In this document: positions 51,000 through 58,232 of the stretch, piece after piece | Layout of the letters: each line of letters starts with the position of its first letter | How positions within the stretch are numbered: position 1 is the first letter of the stretch | Source of the DNA: Nanobdellota archaeon | GTDB taxonomy: Archaea > Nanobdellota > Nanobdellia > Woesearchaeales > UBA583 | DNA length: 64,000 nt | Direction: 5' to 3' | Assembly (NCBI GenBank): GCA_022565615.1 | Contig: JAIUMM010000004.1 | Span: forward strand, 622 to 64,621 | Program-made: the position numbers and the translations under genes | The notes under the pieces: generated by a model | The model's database searches: none | What the model was told of the DNA's origin: nothing | What the model saw: the letters and a program-made list of their open reading frames with translations, nothing else

Positions 51000-52178
51000 A
51001 TGAATATAGTAACAATAGTTGGAGCAGGTCCTGCTGGAATTGGAATTGGAATTTTACTTCAAAAAATTGGAGTACAATACGAAATATTGGAAAAAGAGAC
51101 AGTAGGTTCTTCGTTTAAAAATTGGCCTAAACAAATGAAATTTATCTCTCCTTCATTTACAACTAATTATTATGGATTTACTGACTTAAATGCTATTTGT
51201 CCTGATACTTCCCCAGCATTTGCACTTCATAAAACGTTTCCTAGTGGGGAGGAATATGCTCAATATTTACAAGGCGTGAGTGAATTTTATGAATTAAATA
51301 TTACAAAAAAAACACAAGTTCTCTCTATTGAGCAAGAAGAAGATACTACATTTAAAATTACAATTAAACAAGGCTCTAAAACTTCAATAATCACATCTAA
51401 ATATGTTATATGGGCAGTAGGAGAATTTTCATTTCCAAATCTTGATATTTTTGAAGGGTCTGAGTTTTGTGTTCATAATTCAACTATTTCAAATTGGGAA
51501 AATTTTGTGAATAAAAATTCTATTAAAAAAAATGAGGAATATATAGTTATTGGAGGATATGAATCTGGTGCTGATGCTACATATAATTTAGCAAAACTTG
51601 AAAATAAAGTAACTATTTTTGAAAAAAATGAACATTTTTTAGAACATATTACTGACCCTAGTAAAACGCTCTCTCCTTCAACTATTGAGAGATTAGAAGA
51701 AGTAGATGGTAAATTTAGAGTATTTGAACACTCAGTTGTAAATAAAGTTGAATTTGATAAAGTGAAAAAAGAGTATATTATTCATTATATTCAATCAGTT
51801 GAAGATGAAAAAACACAAGAATTAGTTCATGAGCAAAGAACACACACTTCAAAAACTCAACCTATTTTAGCAACTGGATTTGTAAACAATACTGGTTTAA
51901 TTAAAGATTTATGTAGTTATGATGAGAAAGGTTCAGTTAATTTAAATGATGTTGATCAAACTATAAATACTCCAAATTTATATATTAGTGGTCCACAAGT
52001 CAGGCAAGGAAATATTTTATTTTGTTTTATTTATAAGTTTAGACAACGATTTCCAGTAATAGTTGAAAATATTTGTAAAAAAGAAGGAATCAATTGTAAA
52101 GAAGTAATTGATTATTACAAAGAACAGCATATGTACTTATACGATTTAAGTTGTTGTGAAGAGGAGTGTAATTGTTAA
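51000..52178 (+). CDS. NAD(P)/FAD-dependent oxidoreductase (flavin monooxygenase-like) with Cys-rich C-terminus
   Basis: GAGPAG FAD motif, IGGYESG second dinucleotide motif, LATGF, CFIYKFRQRF, terminal DLSCCEEECNC. Confidence 0.85.
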   Translation: MNIVTIVGAGPAGIGIGILLQKIGVQYEILEKETVGSSFKNWPKQMKFISPSFTTNYYGFTDLNAICPDTSPAFALHKTFPSGEEYAQYLQGVSEFYELNITKKTQVLSIEQEEDTTFKITIKQGSKTSIITSKYVIWAVGEFSFPNLDIFEGSEFCVHNSTISNWENFVNKNSIKKNEEYIVIGGYESGADATYNLAKLENKVTIFEKNEHFLEHITDPSKTLSPSTIERLEEVDGKFRVFEHSVVNKVEFDKVKKEYIIHYIQSVEDEKTQELVHEQRTHTSKTQPILATGFVNNTGLIKDLCSYDEKGSVNLNDVDQTINTPNLYISGPQVRQGNILFCFIYKFRQRFPVIVENICKKEGINCKEVIDYYKEQHMYLYDLSCCEEECNC

Positions 52179-52179
52179 A

Positions 52180-53118
52180 ATGAATTCAAATATTTTACAA
52201 TTATTAATATTACTCTTAGCTGTAATTGTTGGAAGCACTCTTGGAATATTTAATTTAGGAATTGAATCTGAATTTATTTTAGATATTGCTATAATTTCAT
52301 TATTATTTAGTGTATTTCTACAAATTCCAATTCACTCATTTTCATCATTTAAATCTATTTTAAAATATAAAAAATATATTAGTATTGCGTGGATTTTAAA
52401 CTTTATAATTATTCCAACATTAGCATTTTTATTAGCATTAATTTTTTTTGAAAAAAATAGTGCCTTATTTTTAGGAGTATTAATTTATTTAATTGCACCT
52501 TGTACAGACTGGGTTCTTGGATTTACTAAAAAATCAGGAGGGGATGAAGTTGCAAACTCACTATTATTGCCTCTAAATTTACTTAGTCAAATTCTTCTCT
52601 TACCAATTTATTTATATCTATTTACAGGAGTTGAATCCCTACCTCAAATAGAAATTATGATTGAGACATTATTACTTTGGATTTTACTTCCATTTACACT
52701 TGCTCAAATCGTGAAAATTATTCAAAGTACCTTTTTTAAAACTAATAATTATATTGAAACATATTCTCAACTACTAATGGATATAAGTTTAGTTGTACTA
52801 ATTATTCAAATATTTTCTTTAAATATTGATACTCTTTTATACCATATCTCTGCAGTAGCATTAGTTTTAGGAGTTGTGTTAATTTTTTTTATTATTGTAT
52901 ATTATATTGTAAAAATAATATCAAATATATGGTCATTATCATCTCCTTTAGAAAAATCATTAACAATGACAACAGCTGCTAGAAATGCTCCTCTAATGTT
53001 TGCAATATCACTTATATTATTTCCTGAAATGGTTCTTATACACTCAGTAATAATTATTGGAATGTTATTAGAATTTCCTCATTTAATTTTTCTCACACAT
53101 ATTTTATCACAAAAATAA
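52180..53118 (+). CDS. Acr3/bile acid:Na+ symporter-family transporter (arsenic resistance protein-like)
   Basis: LNFIIIP, APCTDWVLGFT..SGG, LLPLNLLSQILLLP, TTAARNAPL, GMLLEFP; ATG 1 nt after the oxidoreductase stop. Confidence 0.85.
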   Translation: MNSNILQLLILLLAVIVGSTLGIFNLGIESEFILDIAIISLLFSVFLQIPIHSFSSFKSILKYKKYISIAWILNFIIIPTLAFLLALIFFEKNSALFLGVLIYLIAPCTDWVLGFTKKSGGDEVANSLLLPLNLLSQILLLPIYLYLFTGVESLPQIEIMIETLLLWILLPFTLAQIVKIIQSTFFKTNNYIETYSQLLMDISLVVLIIQIFSLNIDTLLYHISAVALVLGVVLIFFIIVYYIVKIISNIWSLSSPLEKSLTMTTAARNAPLMFAISLILFPEMVLIHSVIIIGMLLEFPHLIFLTHILSQK

Positions 53119-53205
53119 TTTTAATTTTTATAATTTATTTTAAAACTAACTTGAAACTAATTGTAATATAACAACTACTTTAATAATTAATTTTACACAA
53201 ATAAA

Positions 53206-53619
53206 TTAAACAAGATTAATCATCTCTTCAAATGTAAATCCTCTTTTTTTCATATCAACTATATCACATACAAAATTATCACTCTTTGTTGCTACAAGTT
53301 CACTAATTGGTAAAAAATACCATTGATTTTGAGAGAATTTAATTCCAACCCAACCTTCAGCTCCAAATTGACCTGCAAAAAAATCAAGCTCTTGAATTTC
53401 TTTTGAAGAAAAATATTTTTTATTAGCACTTATTGTTTTAATTTCTAGAACTAATTTTCTATCTCCACGTGAAGCGAGTAAATCTGGAGCAGGATGTCTT
53501 GTTGAACCTGATCCTGCAACTCTTACACATACCCATAAGTTTTCCCAAAATAAATTTAATAATTCATTTTCGCTTAGTGTTCCTACTGTTTTTCTACGTC
53601 TAAACGATTTTGCAGCCAT
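53206..53619 (-). CDS. hjc: Holliday junction resolvase Hjc
   Basis: G..SENEL...RVAGSG...PDLLA...LEIK PD-(D/E)xK motif. Confidence 0.92.
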   Translation of the reverse strand: MAAKSFRRRKTVGTLSENELLNLFWENLWVCVRVAGSGSTRHPAPDLLASRGDRKLVLEIKTISANKKYFSSKEIQELDFFAGQFGAEGWVGIKFSQNQWYFLPISELVATKSDNFVCDIVDMKKRGFTFEEMINLV

Positions 53620-53624
53620 ACTAC

Positions 53625-53993
53625 TTATTTTTTAGCAGATTTTGTTTTAGTAGTTTTAGTTTTTTTTTCAGGAGTTACTTTTTTCACTTCTTTTTTAGGT
53701 GTTTCAACTTTTTTAGTTTCTTTTTTAACTACTTTTTTTTGGGCTTTTTGTTCATGAACTAAATGCCTTAATACTTCAAGTTCTAATTCTAATTTATCGA
53801 TTTTTGCATCAATTTTATTAGCTAACTGTTCTTCTTTTAATGAATGTTTAATCCATTCTCTAAAATCATGTTTTTCATCATTAACATGATGTTTAAATAC
53901 ATCATCAGCCATTGTCTGAAGCTCTTTTGCAAACTTCTCTAAAGAAGAGAAGACTTTTCCATCTTGCATGTAAAATGTTTTACTATGTGCCAT
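53625..53993 (-). CDS. DUF5752-like protein with Lys-rich tail
   Basis: FY..DG...SL..F..EL..M.DDVFKHHVN..KHDF.EWI; K/T/P-rich C-terminus. Confidence 0.7.
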   Translation of the reverse strand: MAHSKTFYMQDGKVFSSLEKFAKELQTMADDVFKHHVNDEKHDFREWIKHSLKEEQLANKIDAKIDKLELELEVLRHLVHEQKAQKKVVKKETKKVETPKKEVKKVTPEKKTKTTKTKSAKK

Positions 53994-54111
53994 ATATACT
54001 ATTTGTAAATTAAAGAATTAAAAAAACTTAGTTACTTTTATAAAGTTAAGAAATAAAGAGAATGTAGTAGAATATAATTTTAAATGGACATACTAAAACA
54101 TAAATTTAAAG

Positions 54112-54425
54112 ACAATAGAAAATTACTAAGCCACATTCTGTTCTAACTATTAACAAGAATATCCTTCAATCAATTCTCAATGTTAGTGATACAATTCTTC
54201 TAAGCGAGATTTTCTCTTGCACTCGTGTATGTTCCTTTCAACTCCAGTTCTTTATTTCAAATTCTTCAATAACAATCACAAGATACGTAAAGAGGAGGTA
54301 TTTTCTATATTTAGACTACAATTTCTCGTAGTAATACACAATAATTGAGTGTGCGGACTTTTCTTACTCATTATAACATTTATAAAAAATTATAAGAGGA
54401 GCAGAGTACCTTAATTTCCTATTGT
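54112..54425 (-). ncRNA. rnpB: Archaeal RNase P RNA (about 314 nt)
   Basis: P1 ACAAUAGGAAAUUA/UAAUUUUCUAUUGU; CR-I GAAAAGUCCGCA pairing in P4 with CR-V AACAGAAUGUGGCUUA; P5 CACUC/GAGUG followed by CAA; P7 GUGUAU/AUACAC; CR-II/III AGAAAA and UUGAAA; CR-IV GCUUAGAAGAAU; P2 GGUAC/GUAUC; P19 CUAAC/GUUAG. Confidence 0.93.
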
Positions 54426-54603
54426 AATATCAATAAATAGTAGTTATTTAAAAAAACTTTGCTAAAAAAATAATTTGAATAAATACATAAAATATTAACT
54501 AAAATTTTCAAAATTTCTACTCTTAAACCTAAAAGACTAAGATTTCTAAGAAAGAGATATTTAACTTAATTTTAAATATTATTACTTATTTGTATACGTA
54601 TAT

Positions 54604-57138
54604 ATGATAGAATTTCAAACTTATATTGAAAAATTACGCTCTAATTCTAAATTTAAAACTCTAACTCTAAAACCTCACTTAATTATACTAGTAGGTCTTC
54701 AAGGCTGTGGAAAGTCTACATTTTCTAAACTATTACAAGAAGAATTTTCAAATTTTAACTATTCAATAATTTCTCAAGATGAATTAGGAAGTAAAAAACA
54801 TTTTGAAGAGTTTTCAAATACATTAGAAAATAATAAAAATCTCATTCTTGATAGAATTAATCATACACAACTTCAAAGAAAAAAATATATTACAAAAGCA
54901 AGAGAAAATGACTACAAGATTATCATCATAAATTTGAATCTTCCTCTTAAACATTTAGCTCAAAATCTTATTCAAAGAACTCAAACACTAAGAAATAAGC
55001 AAGAAAAACATCCAACATTTAATCCCTCTTCATACAAAGAAGTTACTAAAGTGCTATACAACTCTTTAAAAGATTATGAACCTCCACTTGAAGAAGAGTG
55101 TGACTTACTAATTCATTTAAGTGAGTTTGACCCGTACTGCCTAGATATTAGTTCAAAGTATTCTCAATTCTTAATTATAGGAGATATTCATGGATGTTTT
55201 GATGAATTTCAAGAATTATTACGAATCTGTGAAAAAAAAGGCTATAATTTAAAAAATACAGCAATTGTAAGTGTTGGAGATTTAGTTGATAAAGGTCCTA
55301 AATCCAAAGAAGTATTAGATTTCTTTTTCAATTCTGAATTTTCATCTCAATGCTTTATTGTTCGTGGAAATCATGAATTTAAATTACAACGATATTTAAG
55401 AGGAAATAATATCACAATTTCTCATGGACTTGAAGTTACAATTGAAAATTGTAAATTAGATAAAAATAATTCTAAATTTGATGAAATATATGCTCAAACT
55501 CTTCTTCAAGAATTAGACTCTCTTCCTTTTATGATTAAAATTGCTCAAGACTCTTATGTATTACACGCTGGAATACATCCTTTAAAATCATTATTTCAAC
55601 AACCAAAAGAGTATTTTCTCTTTGCAAGAACATTTAATCCTGTAACTCACTCATTTAACACTCAAGATGATAAAAAATGGTTTGAATATTATTCTTCTCA
55701 AAATCCAACTCTATTTTTTGGACACCAACACATTGAAAAGCCTAAAATTCAAGATAATTTATTTGGACTTGATGGATATTGTGTTTTTGGTCATGAATTA
55801 AGAGGAGCAATTGTTACAACTACTACATCAATAAATTCACAAAATTCTAAGTTATCAGAAATATCAAAAATATCAAATATTGAATTAATTTCAACTCCTG
55901 CTAAACAAATATATTATGAAGAACTTGAATTTACTCCTACTAATTTAATTGAACATTTAAAATTTTTAGAACAACAAGGTTATTTGAAATCATCACAAAA
56001 AAAAGATTTAATTTTATTTAATTATACTCAAAAAACAATGTATGAGCAATATTGGAATTCATATACTATGCAAGCAAGAGGAATCATTTTTAATAATTAC
56101 ACTGGAGAAATTGTTGCAAGGCCTTTTGGAAAATTCTTTAATATTAATGAAAATGAATCAACACAGCTCAAGAATTTACCTCTAAATAAACCATTTGAAG
56201 TATTTGAGAAAATTGATGGTGTTCTTGGAATTATATACTATCATAATTCTAAATGGAATCTTACAACAAGAGGTGAATTTGATTCTTGGCAAGGAAGTAT
56301 TGGAGAAAAATTACTTCAACAACAAATTAAAACTCAATATTTAGATATTAATTATACATATCTGTGTGAGATTATTCATCCTAAATGTAGAGTAATTATT
56401 AATTATAATGAAGAAAAATTACAACTACTTAGTGCAATTCATACTCAAAGAGGAGAAGAACTTAATTATGAATTATTACAAAAAATAGCACTAAAAAGTG
56501 GTTTTGATATTGTAAAAAAGATTAATAATAATTTAACAATTAAAGAATTACTCAATGAGCAACATACGTGGAGTAGTGATTTTGAAGGAGTAGTTATTAA
56601 ATTTGAAAATGGGCTAAGAGTAAAAATTAAATCTCACTCTTATAATTCGTTAGTTGAAACCTCACAAGGGCTTGATTCATATAAATTACTCAATTTTATT
56701 TTACTTAAAAGTAAAATTAATACTAATTTATTAAAAAATGTTCCTGAAGAATTAAAAGATAGAGTTAATACTAAACTAATAAAAATTTCTAATAGATATA
56801 AAGAAATATTTAAAGAAATTGAAGAAGACATTCTTTTACTTCAAAGAAAAGCTCTAGAGTTAAAATATTTAGAATTAAATTTAGATAATGAAGAAGAAGA
56901 TGAGTTAGATGAAAATAAGATTTATTTACATAAATTAGTTGAGATTTTACCTAAAGTTGGAGAACTTATTTACAAAAATGGTGATGGGAATATCTATTTA
57001 AATTTTAAACATTCAAATTGCATACTTCCTTTTATTAAATCTCAAAAAGATACTATTCATTTATACATCATTAAAATCATTAAAAATGAGATTAAAAATA
57101 ATTCATTCTTAACTGAAAATAAAGGAATTAAAAACTAA
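54604..57138 (+). CDS. Trifunctional RNA repair enzyme: 5'-OH polynucleotide kinase + metallophosphoesterase + T4 Rnl1-type RNA ligase
   Basis: P-loop GLQGCGKS, SQDELG, DRINH..QR, HPT; GDIHG, GDLVDKG, GNHE, HAG, FGH; LFNYT..W...ARGIIF...ARPFGKFFN, motif I EKIDG, motif IV FEGVV, motif V RVKIK. Confidence 0.88.
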   Translation: MIEFQTYIEKLRSNSKFKTLTLKPHLIILVGLQGCGKSTFSKLLQEEFSNFNYSIISQDELGSKKHFEEFSNTLENNKNLILDRINHTQLQRKKYITKARENDYKIIIINLNLPLKHLAQNLIQRTQTLRNKQEKHPTFNPSSYKEVTKVLYNSLKDYEPPLEEECDLLIHLSEFDPYCLDISSKYSQFLIIGDIHGCFDEFQELLRICEKKGYNLKNTAIVSVGDLVDKGPKSKEVLDFFFNSEFSSQCFIVRGNHEFKLQRYLRGNNITISHGLEVTIENCKLDKNNSKFDEIYAQTLLQELDSLPFMIKIAQDSYVLHAGIHPLKSLFQQPKEYFLFARTFNPVTHSFNTQDDKKWFEYYSSQNPTLFFGHQHIEKPKIQDNLFGLDGYCVFGHELRGAIVTTTTSINSQNSKLSEISKISNIELISTPAKQIYYEELEFTPTNLIEHLKFLEQQGYLKSSQKKDLILFNYTQKTMYEQYWNSYTMQARGIIFNNYTGEIVARPFGKFFNINENESTQLKNLPLNKPFEVFEKIDGVLGIIYYHNSKWNLTTRGEFDSWQGSIGEKLLQQQIKTQYLDINYTYLCEIIHPKCRVIINYNEEKLQLLSAIHTQRGEELNYELLQKIALKSGFDIVKKINNNLTIKELLNEQHTWSSDFEGVVIKFENGLRVKIKSHSYNSLVETSQGLDSYKLLNFILLKSKINTNLLKNVPEELKDRVNTKLIKISNRYKEIFKEIEEDILLLQRKALELKYLELNLDNEEEDELDENKIYLHKLVEILPKVGELIYKNGDGNIYLNFKHSNCILPFIKSQKDTIHLYIIKIIKNEIKNNSFLTENKGIKN

Positions 57139-57184
57139 TTGAAAGAAAATTGAGAAATTAAATACTATATTTGACTGACTTAAA

Positions 57185-57514
57185 CTATAATTCAAAATCA
57201 CACTCAATATTTACTTTAAATCTAACTAAATGCCCATCCAATTCAATTTCATCAATTTCAATTTCTCTTAAAGAATATCCTTTATTTAATTCTAGTTTGC
57301 TTCCAACAATTTCAGGCAATTTTTCAAATAAAATATCCTCCGTGTAATAAATATTATTATACGCAATTTTTTTAGTTACATTACAAAAATGTAACACAAG
57401 TGGTTTAAATTCTTTAATTGGAGGAAATTCAGCTCTATGACAAACTTCACATTTACCATCTATTAAAGAAGAACTTAACGCTCCACATTCACAACATTTT
57501 CTTTTAAATTTCAT
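57185..57514 (-). CDS. NMD3-like zinc-binding protein (N-terminal part only)
   Basis: KCCECG....LIDGKCEVC...P resembles the archaeal NMD3 N-terminal Zn finger; only about 109 aa; ATG at 57514. Confidence 0.6.
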   Translation of the reverse strand: MKFKRKCCECGALSSSLIDGKCEVCHRAEFPPIKEFKPLVLHFCNVTKKIAYNNIYYTEDILFEKLPEIVGSKLELNKGYSLREIEIDEIELDGHLVRFKVNIECDFEL

Positions 57515-57669
57515 TTTTAAATTATTCAAATTTAATCTAATATAGTCTTACTAGAATCAATCTATTAATATATATATAAGTACTAATTAATAAATTTACC
57601 TAATTTAAATTAAACTAAATGGAATATTAAATTTAAGTAGGTTTTAATTCAAAATACTTAAAAATACTA

Positions 57670-58143
57670 TTATAACATAATATTATAAAAATCATCTTTA
57701 AAATAATGAAGTGTTTTAATGATTTTTCCACTCTTCATCTCCTTGATTTGAACTGAGTCATACAAACTCTGTCCAATTCCAATTCTTAATCCTTTAACCT
57801 CATCAACTATTATAATTATATCATCTTTTTTAATTAAATTATCTATATTAGTAATTCCAGGTCTCATCATATCAGCTCCTTTTAATAAAAAAGGAACTGC
57901 ACCTACATCAATTGTAATTGTTTTGTACTCTTTAATTTGAGATGATTTTAAGTGAGGTATAAAATGATATTGTGATTGATTATCTTGCAAGTTTTTAATT
58001 GCTTGAGATTTAATCAAAATAGGATTCTTATTTTTAAATAATACATCTTTAAATTCAATTATTTCATCTTTTTTATCAATATTAAAAAGAGGAGGCAATT
58101 GCTCTTGAAGAGATTTTTTATCTTTTCCCGATAAATATTTCAT
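57670..58143 (-). CDS. PUA-domain RNA-binding protein (MCT-1/Tma20-like)
   Basis: IDVGAVPFLLKGADMMRPGI...GIG...SGK.IKTLHY..D. Confidence 0.9.
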   Translation of the reverse strand: MKYLSGKDKKSLQEQLPPLFNIDKKDEIIEFKDVLFKNKNPILIKSQAIKNLQDNQSQYHFIPHLKSSQIKEYKTITIDVGAVPFLLKGADMMRPGITNIDNLIKKDDIIIIVDEVKGLRIGIGQSLYDSVQIKEMKSGKIIKTLHYFKDDFYNIML

Positions 58144-58232
58144 ATAGATATACTAATTTATAGGATTTTTTAAAAGTTAGTATAAAAAGACAATTAATCA
58201 ATTTAAGAAAAGAAGATAATTAATTATTAATT

